NCBI GenBank assembly: GCA_019309565.1
Contig: JAFDFZ010000016.1
Coordinates: forward strand, 10,155-74,154
DNA: 64,000 nt
Source of the DNA: Deltaproteobacteria bacterium
GTDB taxonomy: Bacteria; Desulfobacterota; Desulfobacteria; Desulfobacterales; SURF-15
Direction of reading: 5' to 3'
Positions 1 to 8,155 of this stretch are shown here, piece after piece. Both the position numbers and the translations under genes were made by a program. Under the pieces are notes generated by a model. It did not search any database, had not been told where the DNA came from, and saw only the letters and a list, made by a program, of their open reading frames with translations. Each line of letters starts with the position of its first letter. The stretch's first letter is position 1.

Positions 1-83
1 GGTTTATCTGAGAAATGTTCATCCCCCCACAAAAAATGGTCTTTTTTTCCGGATTCTCTTGGTAACCAGTCTAAATTTGACAT
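1..83 (-). CDS. partial CDS, N-terminus only (runs off left edge); hypothetical protein
   Basis: ATG at 83-81 with AAGGAGG (reverse complement of 91-97) 7 nt upstream. The frame is open to base 1 (MSNLDWLPRESGKKDHFLWGDEHFSDK...). It is absent from the ORF track because it has no stop in the window. Too short to assign a function. Confidence 0.3.
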   Translation of the reverse strand, partial: MSNLDWLPRESGKKDHFLWGDEHFSDK

Positions 84-460
84 ATGGTTCCCTCCTTATA
101 GAAGTAATATACGACAAGATAACTATCTGTTGAGCCTTAACCCAATGCTGATTAACCGAATAATCGCATTTCAAGGCGTGTGATGCTTTTGAACATTGTG
201 CCCATGGCTTAGAGTTAACCGAAAAAAGTGGTGCAAAACAAAACATGGAAAAAAGCTAATAGTAAGCTACATTACAGCTACATAAAACTTTGTCAAGAAA
301 AAAATATAACTATTCAACATGCTTAACAATTTACGACTGATGGCCGTTGCTTTGAGATTCAGTGGACTTTTACAGTTTATTTTTGTATATAAATTTTTGG
401 TTCTATAACCCAATAAAGGCATTTGAGTAACGATCAATTCCAAATATTTGGTGTTTTACA

Positions 461-1561
461 ATGAAACAGGAACTTACAGATCAGGAGCTTAACACGTATG
501 CAAGACAAATTGTTCTTGCAGACATCGGCTACGACGGGCAGCTTAAATTAAGAAATGCAAAAGTATGCCTTATTGGACTTGGAGGATTGGGCTCCCAGAT
601 AGCTCCCAGGATGGTGGGGATGGGTGTGGGGCAGTTGAGGATGGTAGACAGGGACATTGTCTCACGCTCAGACTTACACCGCCAGTACCTGTACGACGTG
701 GATTCGCTGGGAAGGCCGAAAGTAGAAGTTGCTTATGAGAAGTTAAGCCGGCTAAATCCGGATGTGGAACTGGTGGTCTGTCCGGAATCTCTGAATTCAA
801 CGAATGCAGATGAGATCATCGGCGGTGTGGACGTTGTACTGGACGGTCTGGATAGCCCGGAGGCGCGGTATGTAGTTAACAGAACATGCAACAGGCTGAA
901 AATTCCCTATGTATTCGCAGCAGCCATTGAGGCTTATGGAAATGTGTCCACGCTGGTGCCGGGAAAGTCCATGTGTCTTGAGTGCTTCATGCCCGGGCTT
1001 AAAGACGAGGACTTGCCGAAATGCGGTGTCGTTGGAGTTCATCCGGCGATTCTGGGAATAGTCACAGGGGTGCAGACCTCCGAGGCGGTCCGAATTCTCA
1101 TGGGGCAGAGCCCGAAACTGATTGACAAGATCCTATACATAGATCTCAGGGAGATGGCTTTCGATGTTGTAGAATTGACCGCAGATGAAAATTGCTCTGT
1201 GTGCGGTGCAAAATCAACAGAGATGATCGAGACGGTATCCGGCAGGTTTTTTGAAGAGACCTGTGCAAGGGACGGCCAGAGAAACTTCATTATATCTCCG
1301 AGAAAAAGAATCGAGATCAATCTTCAAAAACTGGGTTCTGTACTTGCAAAAAAAGGATTTAAAATAAAAACTTCCGGCCGTTTCGGGATCACCTTTGAAA
1401 CCTCTAAAGAGATGACGATTTGCATACTCAAAAGCGCAACCATGATCGCGCAGGCATCTCCCAAACTTGAGGATATACAAAAGCCGGACATTCTTGGAAT
1501 TTACACGTCCCTTCTTGTTGAAGAGCTGGGTTTACCGTCTGCCATATTACCCGAAACCTAA
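461..1561 (+). CDS. ThiF/MoeB/HesA-family E1-like adenylyltransferase with an unassigned ~120-aa C-terminal extension
   Basis: Rossmann nucleotide loop LIGLGGLGSQIA, RQ/DxD region (VDRDIVSRSDLHRQ), and two CxxC pairs (CLEC ... CSVC) as in the MoeB/ThiF zinc site. The residues after about 245 match nothing I recognise. Confidence 0.85.
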   Translation: MKQELTDQELNTYARQIVLADIGYDGQLKLRNAKVCLIGLGGLGSQIAPRMVGMGVGQLRMVDRDIVSRSDLHRQYLYDVDSLGRPKVEVAYEKLSRLNPDVELVVCPESLNSTNADEIIGGVDVVLDGLDSPEARYVVNRTCNRLKIPYVFAAAIEAYGNVSTLVPGKSMCLECFMPGLKDEDLPKCGVVGVHPAILGIVTGVQTSEAVRILMGQSPKLIDKILYIDLREMAFDVVELTADENCSVCGAKSTEMIETVSGRFFEETCARDGQRNFIISPRKRIEINLQKLGSVLAKKGFKIKTSGRFGITFETSKEMTICILKSATMIAQASPKLEDIQKPDILGIYTSLLVEELGLPSAILPET

Positions 1562-1683
1562 TAGGTTTTCGTTTTTCACTCCCTTTTCCGGAGTACTTTC
1601 ATGGGCGGCGTTTTATCATCTGGATTATTCCCAAGATCGTCATTTACATGGCCGGGTGCAGCAGATTCGGGGCATTGAGATGC

Positions 1684-2139
1684 TTATTTCAGGCTGGCTT
1701 TCTGTTTATTGTATTCCTTTAAAAATTCTTTTGTTTGTAAAACAAAATTTTCAATATCAGAAAGATTGTTCTTTATGATGGTAAACAGTTCTCTGTCGGT
1801 TACCTCGTGATAAAGGTGCACCATACGATTTCGATAACCTGCCATCAGCCTCAGTCTTTCCGATAACTCAGGCGTGAGAACACCGATCTTGCCAAGTTCG
1901 GCTGCAATTTCTTTGTATTCTACAATACCCTTTCCTGCGCGCTTAGCGATAATGTGTCTTGCAATATCGAATATGGCCTCAAGGGAGCGTCTTAGATAGC
2001 TTTCGGCAATCGCAGGATTATCCTCGGCAAGGAATACATCCTCATCATAGCCGGACAGCTTTTTCAACTTTACCAAAGATTTGGTTATAAACCCGAGTCT
2101 ATCTTCTATCAGCTTTATATTCAAATTCGAAATAACCAT
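1684..2139 (-). CDS. hepT: HEPN-domain toxin HepT (DUF86 family)
   Basis: R-x4-H HEPN motif in GYRNRMVHLYHE. The gene lies immediately downstream of the MNT gene and overlaps it. I moved the start to ATG 2139 (GAGG 9 nt upstream); the ORF-track start 2169 has no Shine-Dalgarno sequence. Confidence 0.8.
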   Translation of the reverse strand: MVISNLNIKLIEDRLGFITKSLVKLKKLSGYDEDVFLAEDNPAIAESYLRRSLEAIFDIARHIIAKRAGKGIVEYKEIAAELGKIGVLTPELSERLRLMAGYRNRMVHLYHEVTDRELFTIIKNNLSDIENFVLQTKEFLKEYNKQKASLK

Positions 2140-2557
2140 TTTCGATCGCCTCGAAGAAATCTTTTTCATTCAGTTTAAATATTTCCAGCTCATCAGATGC
2201 AAACATCATTACCTTTTCTTCATAAGCTGCTCTGAAGGTCTCATCAAACGAATAAACCTTGATTCCCCTGACGGCCTCTAATTGAATAAGGTGGTCGGCT
2301 TCATGCAGAAATAAGAGATCCGCCTTATATGGCGACACTAAAGCCTGCAGGTCAACGCTCAGTCTGGCATATGTGTCAAGACTGTTTTCTGGAACCGATT
2401 TAAACAAAACAGCAAAGTCGATATCAGATTCACTATCCTCAAGCACAACACGTTTCCTCTGTAAAAGCGCAAGTCCCTGTTGCTGTTTGGATCCAAAAAG
2501 ATAACAGATAGCGATATCATAATTTTTGCAAATTTCGGCAATCCTCAATTCACTCAC
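2099..2557 (-). CDS. mntA: minimal nucleotidyltransferase antitoxin MntA
   Basis: Nucleotidyltransferase G-S ... D-x-D motif (LFGSKQQQG ... SDIDFAVLF). GTG start at 2557. Paired with the HEPN gene. Confidence 0.8.
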   Translation of the reverse strand: MSELRIAEICKNYDIAICYLFGSKQQQGLALLQRKRVVLEDSESDIDFAVLFKSVPENSLDTYARLSVDLQALVSPYKADLLFLHEADHLIQLEAVRGIKVYSFDETFRAAYEEKVMMFASDELEIFKLNEKDFFEAIENGYFEFEYKADRR

Positions 2558-2711
2558 CTTTTCGTGAAATCCTTGTGTAAGGGAATAGATTAATTACGGT
2601 GGATCGGAACGACTTGTGTAATCGGTTTCTTTCCTCCGGAATTATGTGACACATTTTAAATATATTTTTAGCTCATTACATCACCTGAGTCAACGCCGGC
2701 CCTGTCATCCC

Positions 2712-2738
2712 AAATATTTCGATATTTCTAAAAATATA
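2712..2738 (+). promoter_or_regulatory. AT-rich triple half-site (AAATAT-N4-ATATTT-N4-AAATAT), putative ArsR operator next to a TTGACA/TATGTT promoter
   Basis: Half-sites lie at 2712-2717, 2722-2727 and 2732-2737, spaced 10 bp apart. TTGACA is at 2740-2745 and TATGTT at 2763-2768 (17-bp spacer). The 17-mer 2722-2738 recurs at 3122-3138 with 15/17 identity. Confidence 0.4.
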
Positions 2739-2774
2739 GTTGACATGTGTTGATTTACGATCTATGTTTGCTTC

Positions 2775-3074
2775 ATGAATCAAGAAGTTGCAGCAAAAAG
2801 GCTGAGCGAGCTGGGCAACGCCACACGGCTTGCCATTTTTCGATACCTTGTAAAGGTGGGCCCTGAAGGGGTGCCGGTGGGACAGATTCAAAAGGCGCTT
2901 GAAATACCGGCTTCGACTTTATCGCACCATATTTCAAGATTGGTTTCCGTTGGACTCATTAAACAGCAGCGCGCAAGCAGAACGCTTTATTGTACGACCC
3001 AGTACGATTCACTGCGGGAGTTGATCGATTTTCTTCAATCTGAATGCTGTGCCGGTGTGCCTGAATGTAAATGA
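2775..3074 (+). CDS. arsR: ArsR/SmtB-family metalloregulator with C-terminal CC-X5-C site
   Basis: Winged helix-turn-helix (LGNATRLAIFRYL ... STLSHHISRLVSVGLI). C91-C92-x5-C98 (SECCAGVPECK) has the same spacing as the C-terminal As(III) site described for Acidithiobacillus ferrooxidans ArsR. The canonical ELCVCDL site is absent. Confidence 0.8.
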   Translation: MNQEVAAKRLSELGNATRLAIFRYLVKVGPEGVPVGQIQKALEIPASTLSHHISRLVSVGLIKQQRASRTLYCTTQYDSLRELIDFLQSECCAGVPECK

Positions 3075-3121
3075 ACCATCACTCGGAGTCGGAAAGCGAT
3101 ATTTTTTTTAAAAATGTTTCT

Positions 3122-3138
3122 ATAATTCTAAAAATATG
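3122..3138 (+). promoter_or_regulatory. second copy of the putative ArsR operator motif
   Basis: ATAATTCTAAAAATATG here versus ATATTTCTAAAAATATA at 2722-2738. It lies directly upstream of the permease gene. Confidence 0.35.
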
Positions 3139-3176
3139 GATATATGTCTGATCGATTTTCAGGAGGAACAGAAACC

Positions 3177-4406
3177 ATGGACGATACCATATGGACAGAA
3201 AAGAAAAACAAGCACACCCCTGCCGCCACAGGATGCTGTGGATCGGCACAGGGGCTTCAAATTATGGAGAGCCTGCCAGTTAAGAAATCGTCTGCAAAGC
3301 CTTGCTGTGAGACCACTTCCGGTAATACAGCCGCAATGGGTGAAAACAGCACTGATGAAGCTGTATCATCTTCCATCCTGCAAAAACCCATAGCGCCCTG
3401 GTTGTGGGGGTTCGCCGGGCTTGCGGGGATAACGATCCTGGTATTCAGTGCGGGCATTCTGCCCGGTTTAAAGCCCGAAGTCTTTTGGCGCCACGTCCTG
3501 TTAAACCTTTTATTCGTTGGCAAAGCGGTTTGGTCGATCCTGCCTTTCTTTCTACTGAGTGTGGGCATATCCGCATGGGTCACCGTTTCTGGTTTCTCGG
3601 ACCGGATCAAAGCGATATTCAATAAAAGACAGAAAATCGCCATTGCAGGCGCTGCCGCTGTCGGGGCAACCATTCCCATCTGTTCCTGTGGTGTAATACC
3701 CCTGATAGCCGCATTGCTGGCAAGCGGGGTGCCTCTTGGGCCGGTAATGGCCTTCTGGATCAGCTCTCCTTTGATGAGCCCCTCGATGTTTGTTCTTACA
3801 GCAGGGGTGCTGGGGATGGATTACGCAGTTGCACGGTTGATAGCCGCTATTTTCATCGGTGCAGGAGCCGGTTACCTTATATACTGGCTTTCATCCCGGG
3901 GATTGCTCAACGATCAGCTTCATGGATTGGCTCTTTCAAGGACAACGTGTTGCGGTTCAGAAGGAGAAGGCAGTGCGGTGGAAAAGCCGGGTGGTAAGTT
4001 TTGGAAAAGTTTCTGGCCTGAGGCCTGGAATATCTCCCTTTTCCTTGGCAAATGGCTTCTTATTGCCTTTATTCTTGAATCTTTAATCGTAAATTATGTG
4101 GATCCAGCTTGGATTTCTTCCGTGCTCGGTAAGGATCAACTTTTTGCAATACCCCTTGCCACGGCCATCGGCATTCCTGTTTACACCTCCGGGGTGGCTG
4201 CGATTCCCATCGTCGAAGGGCTTTTAAAAAACGGCATGGGCACAGGTGCCGCGCTGGCATTTTTGATTGCGGGCCCGGTAACAACGATTCCTGCCATGAC
4301 CGCGGTATTTGCCCTTGTCAGGCGGCAGACCTTTGCTATCTACCTCGGCTCAGGAATTGCCGGCTCCTTGATCGCAGGATATATTTATCAGATGATTACC
4401 GGGTAA
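3177..4406 (+). CDS. DUF318/YraQ (ArsP-like) permease with Cys-pair-rich N-terminal extension
   Basis: Multi-TM protein with IPICSCGVIPL and SSPLMSP motifs typical of this permease family. Vicinal Cys pairs occur at GCCGS, KPCCET and TTCCGS. I prefer start 3177 (AGGAGG at 3161-3166); the ORF-track start is 3144. Confidence 0.8.
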   Translation: MDDTIWTEKKNKHTPAATGCCGSAQGLQIMESLPVKKSSAKPCCETTSGNTAAMGENSTDEAVSSSILQKPIAPWLWGFAGLAGITILVFSAGILPGLKPEVFWRHVLLNLLFVGKAVWSILPFFLLSVGISAWVTVSGFSDRIKAIFNKRQKIAIAGAAAVGATIPICSCGVIPLIAALLASGVPLGPVMAFWISSPLMSPSMFVLTAGVLGMDYAVARLIAAIFIGAGAGYLIYWLSSRGLLNDQLHGLALSRTTCCGSEGEGSAVEKPGGKFWKSFWPEAWNISLFLGKWLLIAFILESLIVNYVDPAWISSVLGKDQLFAIPLATAIGIPVYTSGVAAIPIVEGLLKNGMGTGAALAFLIAGPVTTIPAMTAVFALVRRQTFAIYLGSGIAGSLIAGYIYQMITG

Positions 4407-4787
4407 TGTGGCTGGGTTCGATGTTTCGTATGGACGGGCGCCTGAAAGCTTCCATGTAATTCCTTTACCCTAAAAAATTTTATTCGACTCAAGCTTCATT
4501 GACCCTGTTACGGTAAAAACCTGATCAATCCATCAAAGATTCAATTTTATGTCAAGCACATTGTAGCCCCATCTTTCCGAAGTCTAATCAATTGCCTAGC
4601 CGTAAACGGTGATTATATCAAGTATTAAAAGCTTGATATCCTTTAGATTTTCAATTTTCAAAGCAAGCATATTTACTGGAATGCTGTGCGTTCCGGTGTT
4701 TGACTATGCTATTAATAAGGTTTAAAGATAGATGGCAGTGGTCAGCTCCCTGGAGCAGAAACTGAATATTTTTAGAAAGGAGACAAT

Positions 4788-5423
4788 GTGATTGATCTTG
4801 AGGAACTTAAAAAAACGATTGTTCGGGGCGACAGCGATGCCGCTTTCAGGCTGACAGCCACAGCTCTTAAAGACAATATCCCTGCTTTCGAAATTCTGGA
4901 CAGGGCTCTGATTCCCGGCTTGAAGCAGGTTGGGGATTTGTTCGAATCCGGGGAATATTTTTTACCGGAACTTATCGTATCAGGCGATGCCGTATCAAAG
5001 GCACTGGAGCTGATCGAACCGATCCCGGGAAAAGAGCACGCCGCCTTTAAAGGAAAATACGCCATTGGGACCGTTAAAGGAGATATTCACGATCTCGGGA
5101 AAAACATTGTCATCATGATGTTAAGAGGCAATGGATGGGAGGTAACGGATCTGGGGGTGGATGTGTCTGCAGAGGAGTTTTGTTCAGCGGTTAGAACCGG
5201 GGAGTACCGGATCCTTGGCCTATCATCGCTTCTTACGATGACCATGCCGAATGTGGCAAAAACGATCGAAGCGCTCAAAGAAGCGGGTTTAAGAGATAAA
5301 GTTAAGGTCATGGTCGGCGGAGCACCAACCAGTGCTGAGTGGGCGCAGAAGATCGGAGCAGATGCGCACGCGAAAGACGCTCCCAGTGCTGCCAGAGTGG
5401 CTGCTGCCCTTATCGGAAAATGA
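4788..5423 (+). CDS. corrinoid (cobalamin-binding) methyltransferase partner protein, MtaC/MtbC-like
   Basis: B12-binding D-x-H-x2-G motif (GDIHDLGKN) in a C-terminal Rossmann-like domain, with an N-terminal helical cap. AGGAG lies upstream of the GTG/ATG start. Confidence 0.85.
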   Translation: MIDLEELKKTIVRGDSDAAFRLTATALKDNIPAFEILDRALIPGLKQVGDLFESGEYFLPELIVSGDAVSKALELIEPIPGKEHAAFKGKYAIGTVKGDIHDLGKNIVIMMLRGNGWEVTDLGVDVSAEEFCSAVRTGEYRILGLSSLLTMTMPNVAKTIEALKEAGLRDKVKVMVGGAPTSAEWAQKIGADAHAKDAPSAARVAAALIGK

Positions 5424-5443
5424 TTAAAGAAGGAGAAACAAGA

Positions 5444-6496
5444 ATGAACAAACTCAGTGGTCTTGAGCGTATATTGACGGCGCTTGAGCTTAAGGAACCC
5501 GATGTGGTCCCCCATTTTGAAAGGGTCGCACAAAAGGTGCGAAAGGCCATACTGCCGGGAGCAACTGAAGAAGAATTCATTGAACACATGGATTTGGACG
5601 GAATACGGTTTGTCGACCGCATCCATTCCTGGAGCTATGAGATGGTGGATGAAAACAAACGAATCAAGCGGGACCAATGGGGTGGGTTGGTACGGTATAC
5701 CACGGAAGACAACCCCGTTCCCACGGAGCCGGCGATAAAATCGGAAAAAGATCTGGATAACTATAAGGCCCCTGATCCTGATCTGCCCTGGCGATACGAA
5801 CGTCTGCGGCAACTGGTGGAAAGGTTTAAAGGAAAACGGGCCATCGTTGTAGGGGTAACCGACATATTCGCGCTTGGTCGGGAGAATTTTCTGGGAGACG
5901 TGGGCTATTTTCGGGCCATGGTGAAAAATCCGGATCTCATCGACAAGGCCAATGAGATCCTGCTGAACTACCAGATGCGATACATGAAAAATTGCGCGGA
6001 AGCAGGCGCCGATGTATTCTGGATCAACGGAGACTGGGCCATGACCGAAAAACCCATGGTATCCCGGCAGTTTACGGAAAGATTTCTCGCCCCCCCGCTT
6101 AAGAGGCTTGTTGAATATTCGCACAGTTTGGGTATTCCCTGTGTAAAACACACAGACGGAAACATCTGGCCCATCTACGATGTCATTCTCGATACAGGCA
6201 TTGACGGCTTGCACCCCATCGACCCCATGGCCGGAATGGATATTGGAGAGGCAAAAGAAAAATTCGGCCACCGGGTATGTCTGTGCGGAAACGTGAGCTG
6301 TGCCTTCAGCCTGGTTTCAGGCACAGTTGAAGAAGTAGAGCAGGAGACAAAAGAAGTGATAAGAAAAGCTGGAAAAGGCGGTGGGCTGATATGCATGTCC
6401 AGCAATTCCATCCACTCGGGGGTCAATCCGGAAAACTATGTGGCGATGGTAAGAGCCATCAGAAAATATGGGCGTTATCCGCTTTCTTTTGACTGA
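5444..6496 (+). CDS. URO-D-fold methylcobamide methyltransferase (MtaA/MtbA/CmuA-like)
   Basis: Family-level resemblance judged by eye (length about 350 aa, HTDGN ... GIDGLHPIDP ... CLCGN segments). The gene is tightly coupled to the corrinoid-protein gene. Start is at 5444 (AAGGAG at 5429-5434); the ORF-track start 5339 lies inside the upstream gene. Confidence 0.7.
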   Translation: MNKLSGLERILTALELKEPDVVPHFERVAQKVRKAILPGATEEEFIEHMDLDGIRFVDRIHSWSYEMVDENKRIKRDQWGGLVRYTTEDNPVPTEPAIKSEKDLDNYKAPDPDLPWRYERLRQLVERFKGKRAIVVGVTDIFALGRENFLGDVGYFRAMVKNPDLIDKANEILLNYQMRYMKNCAEAGADVFWINGDWAMTEKPMVSRQFTERFLAPPLKRLVEYSHSLGIPCVKHTDGNIWPIYDVILDTGIDGLHPIDPMAGMDIGEAKEKFGHRVCLCGNVSCAFSLVSGTVEEVEQETKEVIRKAGKGGGLICMSSNSIHSGVNPENYVAMVRAIRKYGRYPLSFD

Positions 6497-6513
6497 TCTC
6501 CTCTCTCAGTTGA

Positions 6514-7932
6514 TCATACTTCTTTTTTAGCATCTACCATGGGAAAGGAGACATCTATAACCGGCACCTCACCGCCGGCATCTTTCTCAAGAAGATCCCA
6601 CATTCGCTTGATGATATCCTCGTTTCCCCTGGCAATGTTGTTTGCGCACTGCGGGTCGTCTTTAATATCGAACAGTTCAATCAGGGTCTTGTCGGTTTTG
6701 GATATCATGCAATATTTTTCATCTCTTACCCACACAAAGTCCTTGAAGATGCTGGTCACGTAATCTCTGATCTTTTCTTTCTCTCCTGTAACAAGCGACC
6801 AGATGTTCTCTCCCTCGCACCATTGCGGTATGTCGATTCCCACCAGACTGCAGACCGTCGGCAAAATGTCGTGATTCTGAACAAATGCATTCACCTCGCT
6901 GCCTGCACCGATGCCCTCTGGATGATGAATGAACAAAACAAGATCAAGCAGGCAGGGAAGCATCCCCTGGGGTATCTTACCGGTATAATTTTTGTCCCCA
7001 AGCTGATGACCATGGTCTGATACAACGATAATGACCGAGTTTTTATCAAGCCCCAGCAGTTTTACCTTGTTCATAAAGTACCCGAACCATGTGTCCACCA
7101 TGGTAACCTCAGCGGCATAACAGGCTTTCATGTATTTAAGTTCATCTTCTGTGAGATAACCAAGAGCTTCATTTGTATAGATGGGCATGATCACTTCCTT
7201 GCCTTTATATCCTGGATAATAAAGATCCCTGTAATATCCCGGTGGATCCCAGGGTTCATGCGGATCGAACGAGTCGATGTACATGTGAATCTTCTCTTTG
7301 CGGTAGTTTGCTTCCAGCCATTTTGTGGCCGTTCTGAAGACCTGAGGTGCAAAATAGTCTTCCTCGCTTTCCCTGAAGGCGGTGTTCATCACGTTTCGTT
7401 CGATCTCCCAGACCTTCGGGTGATTCATATCGGTGCGATCTGAAAAAAACCTGGACAGATCCGGTTTTTGTGCAGCAAGCAGATCGGTGCGCCACATATC
7501 CCACTCCTGTCCTCTTATCCAGTTCCAGGAATGATACCCGCGGTGGAAGTTCATTCCCGGGTAGAACTGATGCAGGCAGTCGGTTACCATGAAGGTTTCG
7601 TAACCATGTTCGTTGAACAGCTCGGCCATTGTGGTATCTTCATGGGCTATGGGTGCCCAGCCGGGCAATGTTAGGTCTCGAGTCAAACCGTATCGCTCGA
7701 TATAAGGATACGAGGCACGGTGAGGTTTCCAGCGCTTGAATGGAAACACCCGTTTTCCTGTAAGCGTGGCGTTTCTGAATTGAAGGGTCGGTACCGATTC
7801 CGGATACGCCATATTAAAACGCACGCTTTCCCTGGCAAACTGATCCAGGTTGGGTGTTTTAATCCAGTTGTTTCCATAAGCTCCGACATGGTCCTTTCTT
7901 AGCGAATCTAAAATCACCAGGATAAAATTCAT
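6514..7932 (-). CDS. sulfatase-like alkaline-phosphatase-superfamily hydrolase, Thr at the formylglycine position
   Basis: ILDSLRKDH metal-site start, SDHGHQLG motif, and the signature stretch PTLQFRNATLTGKR, which aligns to C/S-x-P-x-R-x4-TG with T in place of C/S. Start is at 7932 (AAGGAGAG upstream); the ORF-track start is 8079. Confidence 0.85.
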   Translation of the reverse strand: MNFILVILDSLRKDHVGAYGNNWIKTPNLDQFARESVRFNMAYPESVPTLQFRNATLTGKRVFPFKRWKPHRASYPYIERYGLTRDLTLPGWAPIAHEDTTMAELFNEHGYETFMVTDCLHQFYPGMNFHRGYHSWNWIRGQEWDMWRTDLLAAQKPDLSRFFSDRTDMNHPKVWEIERNVMNTAFRESEEDYFAPQVFRTATKWLEANYRKEKIHMYIDSFDPHEPWDPPGYYRDLYYPGYKGKEVIMPIYTNEALGYLTEDELKYMKACYAAEVTMVDTWFGYFMNKVKLLGLDKNSVIIVVSDHGHQLGDKNYTGKIPQGMLPCLLDLVLFIHHPEGIGAGSEVNAFVQNHDILPTVCSLVGIDIPQWCEGENIWSLVTGEKEKIRDYVTSIFKDFVWVRDEKYCMISKTDKTLIELFDIKDDPQCANNIARGNEDIIKRMWDLLEKDAGGEVPVIDVSFPMVDAKKEV

Positions 7933-8155
7933 TATTCTCTCCTTTGTTTCAATATCTCTTTTATATAAGTCATAATTGCAATCTGTCCTCTGAAGCTCTT
8001 TAAATAGATCGATTTCAAAATAGAAGTCAAATACATTTGAGCCTGAACACCAATTAACTGGGGCTTGCAATTTTGGCAAGAACCCATTAACGTGCGGTGA
8101 ACTTGGGACTTAAAACCAAGACCCCAATTTTATTAGATAGAAGGAGGCTTAAAGT

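Noticed and set aside
19-246. A 75-aa minus-strand ORF ending in ...FFVGG, i.e. a Gly-Gly C-terminus next to the ThiF-like E1. It could have been a ubiquitin- or ThiS-like partner.
   Set aside because: It has no Shine-Dalgarno sequence, Cys/Trp/Lys-rich composition, and no beta-grasp-like pattern. The GG arises from a poly-C run. It also overlaps a better-supported ORF start (ATG 83 with AAGGAGG) and repeat-like sequence, so I treat it as coincidence.
5087-6271. A 394-aa ORF on the minus strand, and many similar long ORFs in the track (for example 12198-12842, 20328-20876, 24562-25101, 37242-37793, 39761-40501, 45336-45842, 47047-47514, 50900-51613, 59603-60112, 61177-61863).
   Set aside because: Each lies antisense to, or out of frame within, a gene with clear family motifs. 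They have no Shine-Dalgarno sequence and low-complexity or odd composition, so they are shadow ORFs typical of GC-rich coding DNA.
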